Shown in pieces: positions 27,601-35,243 of a stretch of DNA of 47,898 nt. Positions within the stretch are counted from its first letter, which is position 1. Every line of letters starts with the position of its first letter. Location of the stretch: contig JAKMGM010000007.1 in the NCBI GenBank assembly GCA_022424925.1, positions 1-47,898 on the forward strand, read 5' to 3'. The position numbers were made by a program, and so were the translations under genes. Source of the stretch: Candidatus Poseidoniaceae archaeon. GTDB lineage: Archaea; Thermoplasmatota; Poseidoniia; Poseidoniales; Poseidoniaceae. The notes beneath the pieces are model-generated. The model was not told the DNA's origin and searched no databases. It saw only the letters and a program-made list of their open reading frames with translations.

Positions 27601-27746
27601 GAATCCCACATGTTTTGGTCCCAATGGTTTTCTTCGAGTTCCAGAATATATTCTGAACCCAGCATGTTGGACTCTGGAACAGTTGGATTGAAGCCTTGTA
27701 CAAGCGGTATGAGCAGCAACACCGTGAACAACAAGGCGGGTCGCAT
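24615..27746 (-). CDS. Subtilisin-like serine protease (S8) with signal peptide, Ca-binding repeat region and C-terminal TM anchor
   Basis: The catalytic residues are Asp in AAADSGIDYDH, His in HGTHVAGT, Asn in NSWG and Ser in SGTSMSTPAAAG. The signal peptide is MRPALLFTVLLLIPLVQG. The C-terminal helix ALMWGVFGILGGILVMYQLGW is followed by a short acidic tail. Confidence 0.9.
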   Translation of the reverse strand: MRPALLFTVLLLIPLVQGFNPTVPESNMLGSEYILELEENHWDQNMWDSLEGSGHTPLRVVTPNQILVWRSGTYTPSSVFETHDAPAPEIKGLVGGSGVEHVKIVFEPRLPEDAVHQLLRAFEAVNFNINPNIDAYSTPMPHTEVIEWKTFARHPHLHTLDGVLWIEPVLETVGRNSLAASLIQHGKTSANPAWELGLNGTGIVVAAADSGIDYDHACFRNATTIGEVGSNGTDGVGEPGGSHRKILAVNHTIDSGDTNGHSDYRHGTHVAGTLSCYNVYNMRSNTEPKNGSALAHESMLVFQDIVSDEGWVPPDVDALFVEAGTHGAVIHSNSWGDATTEYTARTADFDAWALEMPWSLAFVAPGNNGGQLLEPANGRNVVAVGASVKSPSMSVWPSSSIGPTEAGTNGIFALAPGTSIQSARADGIPDSYNDALRSSSGTSMSTPAAAGVAAILQQLVEDGWISGYESRTATPVSQLRPVWADPLLNSSNNLELAEGFTPSGALLRSLLALSTTQLSQQERNGGEGGYQLQNEHDGWGQLNLSELIDLAAVENALHRGNVSPTSDLWIHDSYRLADKSPAEWLVQRNGTDDALENLHAMPWNATDAAGPFLKTGEQWTKRFELNGEHLDVRLAWPSSPEPYLVQDLQLIVRLSDGTEALAGEFQSDGDSTLFFSNVVDFSNTTSFPNRNETTVAVSLSPEDLTGIEWVDIEVRARYITPGNQQGSVGIDGDRQGFALAVKGVHRDSQAWSDDDGDGVANAVDGCPNENARDWDVNEDGCIDDSDGDSVNDANDVCPEQHSLNFDANNDGCIDDTDGDGVLDNLDRCFTEVVTIFWPVDSNGCRPVDSLPVVDFVLSPQDGGVWYDELVVEWVAHDVEGDAFDTGASIQVVNLSDTSNAYPIASCAKTNVQNGTFSCLWEIPNDLPVWDIRGQPLQIEIFIQSRNGSPEAKRDTVLVRDEATFTSEWNNPLLEVEDEVREGVQGRASQTRALMWGVFGILGGILVMYQLGWNVRHTSPNQKRVPAFAVDTAGYDGQEADENE
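25262..25500 (-). repeat. Tandem thrombospondin-type-3-like Asp/Cys calcium-binding repeats inside the S8 protease
   Basis: The translated repeats are DDDGDGVANAVDGCP, NEDGCIDDSDGDSVNDANDVCP and NNDGCIDDTDGDGVLDNLDRC. Confidence 0.6.
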
Positions 27747-27813
27747 AATTTGGCTTGAACCGTCAAACTTTGTCAATCTCGTGGTCGAAACTACACATTC
27801 CACGCGACGGCGC

Positions 27814-27821
27814 GTTTAAGT
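27814..27821 (+). promoter_or_regulatory. TATA-like GTTTAAGT about 28 nt upstream of the rplX ATG; probable leaderless transcript
   Basis: The call rests on sequence and spacing only. Confidence 0.3.
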
Positions 27822-27845
27822 CGGGTTTGCGATTCGCCCACTTTG

Positions 27846-28118
27846 ATGAAGGCCTACCGAGTTTCAGGAATTGCCCCGTTTGGCAGCATGCGCCAAGAGT
27901 TTTCTTTGGATTTACCAGCAGACGATGCCGCTGATGCGGAACATCGAACCTACTCAATTATGGGTTCCCGTCACAAGGCAAACCGACGTTCTATTGATAT
28001 TCAATCCGTTTCCGAAATTGACCCAAGAATTTCCACTGAACCCCGCATCATGGATTTTTTCCGAGAACAAATCGCTGCTGCCGGCGGCCAAATCGCTGCG
28101 GTTTCAGAAGAAGAGTGA
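27846..28118 (+). CDS. rplX: Ribosomal protein LX / eL20 (L18Ae family)
   Basis: MKAYRVSGIAPFG...FSLDLPADDAADAEHRTYSIMGSRHKANRRSIDIQSVSEI follows the archaeal LX pattern (MK.F.V.G.f.....F.kev.a.s...A.e.vYs..GSrHk..r..I.I..v.Ei). It lies in the conserved LX-pfdA-ftsY order. Confidence 0.8.
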   Translation: MKAYRVSGIAPFGSMRQEFSLDLPADDAADAEHRTYSIMGSRHKANRRSIDIQSVSEIDPRISTEPRIMDFFREQIAAAGGQIAAVSEEE

Positions 28119-28166
28119 ACCGCGGGTAGTTCTTGAAGGACCACCCCTACGGACATCGTGAGTCGT

Positions 28167-28721
28167 ATGGTAGAACGCAGTGAGTTGCAAAAAAAAGCCC
28201 GGACGATTGATGCGCATCGTAAACAGATGGACGACCTTCACGCTCGTATTGAGCAGATAACGGCAATCATCGATGAGCACACCGTTACGGCGAGTATTCT
28301 TGCACGTCTACGACAATCCGTTCAGTCCGGACGGGCTGGCGCTCGACTGTCAATTGGTTCTGGCGTAACTTTACACTACACGCATGATAGTGAGGAAGAA
28401 GGTACCGCATTAATCGATTTAGGAAGCGGTGTTTTTGGTGAAAAACCGTGGGCAGAGGCGCTGGCTATGACCGAAGAGCGCAAGGAAGGAATCACGCTCC
28501 TGCACAAGGATTTGAGCGAACAAGCAACTGTATTAGAAACGAAGATTACCCAACTGGCACAAGAGTTCAATGAAGCGGCCGCTCTTTTACAACCTTCACA
28601 AACCCCACAACCCGCTACTGCATCATCCCCAGAACCCGAGCAAAACTCTTCTGAAGAGAAGACACGCAGGCCAGTACGCCGTGGAAGCCGGTTTGGAAAC
28701 GAGTTGACACTGGACGATTGA
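28167..28721 (+). CDS. pfdA: Prefoldin alpha subunit with extended Pro/Ser-rich C-terminus
   Basis: The layout is an N-terminal coiled coil, two beta hairpins (LSIGSGVTLHY, ALIDLGSGVFGEKPWAEA) and a C-terminal coiled coil. The GTG at 28158 is an alternative start. Confidence 0.8.
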   Translation: MVERSELQKKARTIDAHRKQMDDLHARIEQITAIIDEHTVTASILARLRQSVQSGRAGARLSIGSGVTLHYTHDSEEEGTALIDLGSGVFGEKPWAEALAMTEERKEGITLLHKDLSEQATVLETKITQLAQEFNEAAALLQPSQTPQPATASSPEPEQNSSEEKTRRPVRRGSRFGNELTLDD

Positions 28722-28730
28722 GGTTATTCT

Positions 28731-30155
28731 ATGGGACTTTTTGACCGGTTTAGGAAACGCGTGACAGAAGTTGCTTCCGAAGTTGATACCGACGAACTAT
28801 CCGCTGCAGCAGACTCACCTGAAGCGAGGGAGGCTCTCGATGCTTCGCAGATGCATCATCAACAATCTCAAGAATTGGCGAAAGCAGTCCACGAGACCGA
28901 ACCCGAAGTCGTTGAAGATGAATGGGAGGACCTCGACCAGCTGGATGAAGAATCCGAACCAGTTGTAGAAGACGAGTGGGATGACTTTGACGAGGATGAA
29001 GACATCGCCCTCCCCGTAGAACTTTCCCGAAAAGAAAAGAAACGGCTCCAAAAGAAGCAGAGATCTGATGAAAAAAGACTCGAGAAGCAGCGCAAGGAAA
29101 TGAAAAAGCGTGGCGCAGTAGAAGTGGCGCGTCCCAAAGGCTCCAACGTCGACCTTTCAGTCATGCGAACCACAACCGGGCGGCAACTTGTTCAAGTTCA
29201 AAGCGCCCCAAAAGGTTCAGTTAAAGAAGCAGAAATCGAAACAGAGGTTGGCACGAAGGTCAAAGTTGAACTTGGTGGAGGCGTTGTTTCAGAAGGCGGA
29301 CGCGTCATCAAAGCAGGCGGCGCACTGGACAATCTCATTGAGGAACTTGAATGGGTTTTACTTGAATCCGATATATCAAGTGACGCTGTAACCGCAGTCA
29401 CCAAAGCCCTCCGAGATAATTTGGTTGGTGCTCGACTCCGTAAAGGGGCCGACCTGGCGAAAGTTCTCGAAGCCGCTCTCAAACGTGCTTTACGCAATAT
29501 CCTATCTGCGGGCTACTGGGATTTTGATGCGAGCGTTCAATCGTTTATCGATGCGGGCGATACGCCTGTAGTCGTCATGCTCGTTGGCGTGAACGGAACT
29601 GGGAAAACAACGACAGCAGCCAAGATTGCTCAGCGATTGCTTGATCAAGATATTTCTGTTGTTGCTGCCGCAGGCGATACTTTCAGGGCTGGTGCAATCC
29701 AACAACTGGAAAGCCATTGCGAAAACCTTGGAATCCGCTGTATTTCATCTCAACGGGGCGGGGACACAGCCGCGATTGCACGCGATGCGATAGAATCTGC
29801 AAAAGCCAAGAACATCGATGTCGTCCTCGTCGATACAGCAGGTCGCATGCAAAACAAAGTGAACTTGATGAACGAACTGAACAAAGTCAGGCGGGTTGCA
29901 AATCCCCATTTGACGCTCTTCGTTGGAGATTCTCTTGCCGGAAACGACGCAGTCGAACAGGCAAGGATGTTCCAAGAAATCATGAAATTCGACGGAGCGG
30001 TTCTCACCAAAGTCGATACAGACGCCAAAGGCGGTGCAGGGCTTTCAATTGCTTTTTCAACTGGTCGACCAATTGTTTTCGCCGGCGTAGGGCAGGGCTA
30101 TCATGATTTGAAACAGTTCGATCCCGACTGGCTTCTTGAGCAAATGTTTGACTGA
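28731..30155 (+). CDS. ftsY: Signal recognition particle receptor FtsY with acidic/basic N-terminal A-domain
   Basis: The NG domain motifs GVNGTGKTTT, DTAGR and TKVDTDAKGG are present, and the N-terminal ~150 aa are highly charged. Confidence 0.93.
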   Translation: MGLFDRFRKRVTEVASEVDTDELSAAADSPEAREALDASQMHHQQSQELAKAVHETEPEVVEDEWEDLDQLDEESEPVVEDEWDDFDEDEDIALPVELSRKEKKRLQKKQRSDEKRLEKQRKEMKKRGAVEVARPKGSNVDLSVMRTTTGRQLVQVQSAPKGSVKEAEIETEVGTKVKVELGGGVVSEGGRVIKAGGALDNLIEELEWVLLESDISSDAVTAVTKALRDNLVGARLRKGADLAKVLEAALKRALRNILSAGYWDFDASVQSFIDAGDTPVVVMLVGVNGTGKTTTAAKIAQRLLDQDISVVAAAGDTFRAGAIQQLESHCENLGIRCISSQRGGDTAAIARDAIESAKAKNIDVVLVDTAGRMQNKVNLMNELNKVRRVANPHLTLFVGDSLAGNDAVEQARMFQEIMKFDGAVLTKVDTDAKGGAGLSIAFSTGRPIVFAGVGQGYHDLKQFDPDWLLEQMFD

Positions 30156-30577
30156 TGTTGAGCGATGAGGACATAGGCATCCACCGTCTAGGGATGACCA
30201 TGGCGGACACCTTCAAAGACGAAGAGACTGAGCAGTTTTTCCAGTTAATACACATGTTTCAACGCTCATCGCTGTTGCATATGGGGTTGCTTCCCGACCA
30301 AGAAGGAAACATGATGTTCAATTTAGGTGAAGCCAAAGCCGGAATCGACCTGCTTCGCATGCTGCAAAGTAAGACCAAAGGCAACCTTGCCGACCAAGAA
30401 GAACGCATGCTCAAAGGAATTGTGAGCGAACTTCAACTCCAATTTCTGAAAGCACCAACCCGTCGACGCCAGATGGAAAGCGACGCTGCCCAATCCGAAA
30501 CAATTCGTGAAGCATTCGCCAACCCCCAATCTGGTCCCGTCGAAGATTTATCTTCCCCTGTAGACAGCGAGGAATAA
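30155..30577 (+). CDS. DUF1844-like small protein
   Basis: FFQLIHMFQRSSLLHMGLLPD...NLGEAKAGIDLLRMLQSKTKGNLADQEERML resembles the DUF1844 pattern (...AK..IDlL..L..KTKGNL..eE..lL) as I recall it. The ATG overlaps the ftsY stop (TGATG). Confidence 0.5.
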   Translation: MLSDEDIGIHRLGMTMADTFKDEETEQFFQLIHMFQRSSLLHMGLLPDQEGNMMFNLGEAKAGIDLLRMLQSKTKGNLADQEERMLKGIVSELQLQFLKAPTRRRQMESDAAQSETIREAFANPQSGPVEDLSSPVDSEE

Positions 30578-30631
30578 TCGATTTCAAGCGGTTGTTTGAT
30601 GTGCAATGGCTTCAACAGCGGATTGATTCAC

Positions 30632-31306
30632 ATGGCGTATGTCACGGAGACTGCGGAAGAAACGGCACCGACCGTTCTTCTTGTAGACAACAATCCGATG
30701 TCACTCATGCGATTGCGTGAAGTATTCAAAATTCGGGATTTCAACATCGAGGAGTGCCAAGACGGCGACCAAGCGGTTGATGAGTACATTCGCCTTGACC
30801 CTGAATTGGTTGTTATCGCTTTGGACATACCTTCGCTCGACGGCCACCTCGCAGCTCTTGAAATGCGGGAGCATGGAGGAGAAAGCCGCATTGTCTTCAT
30901 CGCCTCAAAACGCAATGCTCAACTGGCCGAGGATGCAAGCCATTCTGCAGGCGCTGTTGCATGGTTAGAAAAGCCGGTATCCTCGACTGCAGTGAACGAA
31001 TTATGGGCGCAAATCCTCGGGCCGATTCCAGATGCACCAGGTCTCGAAGATCTCGACCAATTGTATCCAGAAGACAGGATAAAACCACAGCCAGATGAAG
31101 GACTCATGCCACTCCCACCACTACCGGGAATGCCTGCCTTACCTTTGCCCGGTGAGGTAATCACTCCACTGCCAGAACTCACGCTTGTGGCTGACATTGT
31201 CTCGCCCGAAGTTGTCAAACCGAAACGGAGGGTGTTCAAACTGCTCTTGTTGCTTACGTTCTTAGGTGCTTCAGGCTATGCCGCATATACGCTTGGTTAT
31301 CTTTGA
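30632..31306 (+). CDS. CheY-like receiver domain protein with Pro-rich linker and C-terminal TM anchor
   Basis: REC features are present: VLLVDNN (acidic pocket), VVIALDIPSLDG (phospho-acceptor Asp) and VFIASK. These are followed by PLPPLPGMPALPLPG and the terminal helix FKLLLLLTFLGASGYAAYTLGYL. Alternative starts are 30596 and 30599. Confidence 0.7.
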   Translation: MAYVTETAEETAPTVLLVDNNPMSLMRLREVFKIRDFNIEECQDGDQAVDEYIRLDPELVVIALDIPSLDGHLAALEMREHGGESRIVFIASKRNAQLAEDASHSAGAVAWLEKPVSSTAVNELWAQILGPIPDAPGLEDLDQLYPEDRIKPQPDEGLMPLPPLPGMPALPLPGEVITPLPELTLVADIVSPEVVKPKRRVFKLLLLLTFLGASGYAAYTLGYL

Positions 31307-31530
31307 GGTTCGCTTTCAGGCGCCATTACCACATGAGCATTCGGTGTTATCTGCGTTCCCGCAGGCACGGCTGTCATTTGGGTGATAATTACACCGTCTT
31401 CTTCCAACAGAAGACTGTCGTTTTGTGCAATCCGGAAATCTAAATTGTTCGCTTTTCTACCGGCCCGCCACAGTATCCAAATCGGCACGAAACTTGCAGC
31501 AAATGCCAATGTCCAGAGCAGTTCATCCAC
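31297..31530 (-). CDS. Hypothetical small membrane protein (one TM helix)
   Basis: It is a 77-aa ORF with a GTG start 9 nt after the pyrF stop and one hydrophobic helix (LWTLAFAASFVPIWILW). I recognise no family, and it may not be real. Confidence 0.3.
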   Translation of the reverse strand: MDELLWTLAFAASFVPIWILWRAGRKANNLDFRIAQNDSLLLEEDGVIITQMTAVPAGTQITPNAHVVMAPESEPQR

Positions 31531-31539
31531 AATGAAACC

Positions 31540-32340
31540 TCACAACATACGTTCTTTTAGCGCATTCCATGAGGCCTTTGCATAGGCTTCCGCTTGTTGA
31601 GCAGGATGCTCCGCCTTGTGAATGCCGGAGCCAACGATGATGCAATCAGAACCGGCTAAAACCGCCTCTCGTGGGTCGCCGTAGCGTTGGCCCATTTCCC
31701 CGTCGCCAACGGCTAAGTTTACTCCTGGCGTCCATATGAGTTTATTTTGCCCTACCTTGGCACGTAGAAGTGCGAGCTCCTCGGGGCGAGAACCGTTCCC
31801 GATGAACCCAAATACGCCTGCGTGAGCCTTTCCTTTCGCAACTACCTTGTCAGTATATTCTGGTTCGAGAAGGTTACCTCGGCTGGACATTTGTGCGAGC
31901 AAGAGAACGCCACCTTCGCGCCCAACATCATGCCAGCCCGCTTGGAGACCATCGACGATGTCTGGTCCGGAAATGAGGTGCGCCGTAACCAAGTCCGACC
32001 AAGAACGAATGTCGTAAACACCCGCCATCTGCTTACGACTGATGCCACCAATGTCTGCAAATTTCCGGTCTTCGAAAATCAATAAATCTGCTGCAGCCGC
32101 TTTAGCGCAAAACGCTTTCCATGAATCAGCAGTCCAATCATCCACCAAATCCACATGTGTTTTTAGCGCAGCAATATGGGGGCCAACTTGGTCGATTAAC
32201 TGGTTCAATCCATCCATTGTCGAACGGTCAGCAGCAAGGCATACGAGGCTCTGTTTTCGGCAGGCGACTTCCATGTATTTCCGAGCCATTGGTAGCGTAT
32301 TTTCACTCCAACGTTGACCCCAGATGCTTTCAGCCTGCAT
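31540..32340 (-). CDS. pyrF: Orotidine 5'-phosphate decarboxylase (URA3-like type)
   Basis: The motifs LVCLAADRS, ALKTHVDLVDDW and LIFEDRKFADIGG match the eukaryote-like OMP decarboxylase signature FEDRKFADIG. The ATG at 32340 was preferred over the GTG at 32364. Confidence 0.88.
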   Translation of the reverse strand: MQAESIWGQRWSENTLPMARKYMEVACRKQSLVCLAADRSTMDGLNQLIDQVGPHIAALKTHVDLVDDWTADSWKAFCAKAAAADLLIFEDRKFADIGGISRKQMAGVYDIRSWSDLVTAHLISGPDIVDGLQAGWHDVGREGGVLLLAQMSSRGNLLEPEYTDKVVAKGKAHAGVFGFIGNGSRPEELALLRAKVGQNKLIWTPGVNLAVGDGEMGQRYGDPREAVLAGSDCIIVGSGIHKAEHPAQQAEAYAKASWNALKERML

Positions 32341-32379
32341 GGATGTTCCAAAGCGTCTCGCCACTCATACCTTACGGCT

Positions 32380-33381
32380 TCAATCGCTAAGCGATTTCAC
32401 GGCATCAACAAGTGTTTGTTCGACACTCCGCATTGCCAATCCTAATTTTTCTTCAGCATCGCCTGTATCATAATCGACGTGTCGCCCTACGGTTGAACGC
32501 ACTTGTTGAATTGTTAGTTTGGGATGAAAGGCAGCCATGAGAACCGCAAGCGGGGTTGGCAAGTGTAGAGTCGCCCATTTCTTCCCCGGTATATCTTGTC
32601 GTAACTTCATACCAATCTCGCTCATCCAAAGTCCTGTTTTGTGGAGTATGTATCGTCCACCGTCATCACCGCGTTCAAGAGCATTCACGTGAGCATCCGC
32701 CACATCCCGTACATCAACAAAATTTAGATGTGTGCGTATAACGAACGGTAATTTTCCAGTGAAATGTTTGAGGTAGGCCATTGATCCACGCGTGTGGCGT
32801 TGATGAAACACTGGGCCGAATACAATTGACGGGTGAATCGTAACCAGTCGAACGGCCCGTGAATGACCGTTGCACACATCTACAAAGTCACGCATTTTCC
32901 GTTCTGCTTGCGCTTTCGCCAATCCGTACGCATTTGACTGAAGCGTGGCATCGTCACACCAATCACTGGCGTTGAACACCTGCCCATTGGCATACTTCGT
33001 TTTCCTAATGGCAGCAACCGACGACGTATGAATGACAGTTTGTACCGATGGATTTTGTTGTATCGCATCGCAGAGGTTTTGGGTGCCAACAACCGAAGGG
33101 TCGACAACATCTCGTTGTGCGTCTTTGACATTGATCATGAGACTTGCAGCACAGTGTATGATTGCATCACAACCCTGTACTGCATCGGTGACTGAAGGTG
33201 CGTCGAGTAAATCCATCTCAACAATTTCCAAACTTGAATGTTCCGTGGTTGGAAACGAGTCGAGAAATCGAGCGTTCTCGGCTTTTCGCACGGTTGCTCG
33301 GACGGCGTAGCCTTTCGAAAGCAAGAGGTGAACCACGTGCGAACCGATGAATCCAGCAGCACCGGTGACCAAGACGACCAT
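32380..33381 (-). CDS. NAD(P)-dependent epimerase/dehydratase family (extended SDR, aldehyde/flavonol-reductase-like)
   Basis: The N-terminal VLVTGAAGFIGSHVV Rossmann motif and a YxxxK-type motif (YGLAKAQAE) are present. The length is 333 aa. Confidence 0.85.
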   Translation of the reverse strand: MVVLVTGAAGFIGSHVVHLLLSKGYAVRATVRKAENARFLDSFPTTEHSSLEIVEMDLLDAPSVTDAVQGCDAIIHCAASLMINVKDAQRDVVDPSVVGTQNLCDAIQQNPSVQTVIHTSSVAAIRKTKYANGQVFNASDWCDDATLQSNAYGLAKAQAERKMRDFVDVCNGHSRAVRLVTIHPSIVFGPVFHQRHTRGSMAYLKHFTGKLPFVIRTHLNFVDVRDVADAHVNALERGDDGGRYILHKTGLWMSEIGMKLRQDIPGKKWATLHLPTPLAVLMAAFHPKLTIQQVRSTVGRHVDYDTGDAEEKLGLAMRSVEQTLVDAVKSLSD

Positions 33382-33461
33382 GCTTGGCGATACGCCACCC
33401 CCACTTCTTGATGCCGCCTTGAAACATCACCTTCATGATAACCACCCACGTCGCATAGGTA

Positions 33462-35243
33462 ATGCGAAACGCTCTCTTCCTGTCTTTGTTGGTTCTTTTA
33501 GGGCCTCTTTCAGGATGTTTCGGTGCCTCTACAGCAAACGAGGACGGCATGTCAGAACCTTCCATGTATCCAGAGGTATGGAACCGGCACACCCTTGATT
33601 GGAATTGGACGGACAGCTATTCGTACGTGCTTGAACCGGGACCTTATACCGCACTTGAAGTCCAAGAGGCCACCTTCGAAGTAGATACCTCAGAGGTGTG
33701 GGAAACAGGCCCTGCGACTTCGACCGTACATCTTTCTTACTGGCTCCCCTCGAATACGGAACTTGGAGAGAAAGTCCCCGTTATTGCAGTTGTAAGCCCA
33801 TACTTTTCGTTTGGACAGCCCGGCGATGAATCCGGTGCAACGTACGTTGTTGGAGCCGGGCGCGGCGAGTTCATTTATGACAACTACATCCCTCACGGCT
33901 ATGCTTTCGCCCAAGTTTCCGTGTTTGGCACGGAGGAATCTTCTGGCTGCTTTGACTATCGCGGTGAAGGCGAAGGATGGGGCATTCATCAAGCGGTCGA
34001 ATGGCTCGGTGATCAAAACTGGTCGAATGGAAAAGTCGGCCTGTACGGGAAATCGTATGAAGGAGCCACACAATGGGAGGCGGCAGCTATCGGCAGTGAA
34101 CACCTCGCAACCATTGTTCCAATTTCTGGAACAACCGGGCTGCATCCACTTCTTTACAAGAATGGGAGCGCAGAAGCGCGTAGTCAAGTCATGCACATGA
34201 ATTACTTCAGTAGCACAGTCGATTACAATGAGGATGATTTCGACAACATCTGTCCTGACATTATTGAAGGCTTCTTTGCTGGTCCTGTGACGTACGGTGC
34301 CGGCGAACTCGACCCTTACATGTCAAATTAGTACGATGAGAGAGAACACCTTACTAAGGCGTTTGAGAATTACAACGGCAGCGTTTACTGGGTTCAAGGA
34401 ATGCAAGACTGGAACGTTGACCCGCACCAAGTTTTCCCAGGGTATCAGATGTTTATCGATGGGGGTTTCGAAGTGCGCGGCATGCTTGGCCAGTGGGAGC
34501 ACAACTATCCAGACCAATGGTCGAAGCACAATGCACAGGACAGCGGCTATGGCGGTGAAGCCATCCACAACATGACGCGTTGGGATTGGGCTCAAGATTT
34601 ATTTGAATGGTTTGAATACTATCTCAAAGGAATCGGTGAAAAACCGGACCTTCATGCTCAAATTCAGCGGAACGATGGAGAGTGGCGAATTGAATCAACA
34701 TGGCCGCCGCTTGATGCTGAACCGATAGCCCAACCATTAGCGGACTGTTCGCAAACCGGCCAGCAAGTTGCCGGGGCAAGTGTAGCAGGAGGGGGTCTTG
34801 CCAGCGTCACTTTCGATTGCCCAGCACTGTTTGACGACATGGACGCTCACCTCACCGGCCTGTTTACGTTGCACTTGGACGTCACTGCAGCAATGGACGG
34901 GGGGCAAGTTTTCGCTGAAATGCAAGATGCTGAAACCGGCTTGAGACTTGGGCACGCTACAATGGATATCCGTTACTATCGCGGCGGAAGCGACCCAACA
35001 ACTGTTCTTCCCGGACAAAGCCTCACAATGCTGATGGAATTTCAGGCGATTGATGCCCTACTCCCCGCAGGCCACGGCATACGCCTCGTACTTACGGAGA
35101 CCGGAGAGGATTACTTGGCACCTGCTTGCGGCATCGCATGCCCCGTGACCGTTAACGGCGGCACGCTCACCGTACACCACATTGTTCGAGACGGTAGCAT
35201 GATGCTTATCACACCTCAAGGCGAAGATGCAGCGAACGCCTAG
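33462..35243 (+). pseudogene. CocE/NonD (S15, X-Pro dipeptidyl-peptidase-like) hydrolase with lipobox signal peptide, interrupted by one in-frame TAG
   Basis: Track ORFs 33462..34331 and 34401..35243 are in the same frame. Translating through the TAG at 34329 gives ...GELDPYMSN*YDEREHLTKAFENYNGSVYWVQGMQDWNVDP.... The nucleophile motif GKSYEG lies upstream of the stop, while the Asp (QDWNV) and His (GQWEH) motifs lie downstream. The signal peptide is MRNALFLSLLVLLGPLSGC. Confidence 0.75.
34329..34331 (+). other. In-frame amber codon inside the S15 peptidase reading frame
   Basis: The local reading is tac atg tca aat TAG tac gat gag aga, with the frame continuous on both sides. Confidence 0.9.

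Noticed and set aside
33690-34196. 168-aa minus-strand ORF opposite the S15 peptidase
   Set aside because: It is antisense to a motif-supported frame and has no recognisable features.
34329-34331. Pyrrolysine or genome-wide TAG reassignment as the explanation for the in-frame amber codon
   Set aside because: TAG is used as an ordinary terminator by several well-supported genes in this window (moeA at 9568..9570, GGGPS at 22132..22134, and the same peptidase at 35241..35243). No pyl genes are visible here. A TGG-to-TAG mutation or a consensus error is the simpler explanation. The idea remains formally untested.
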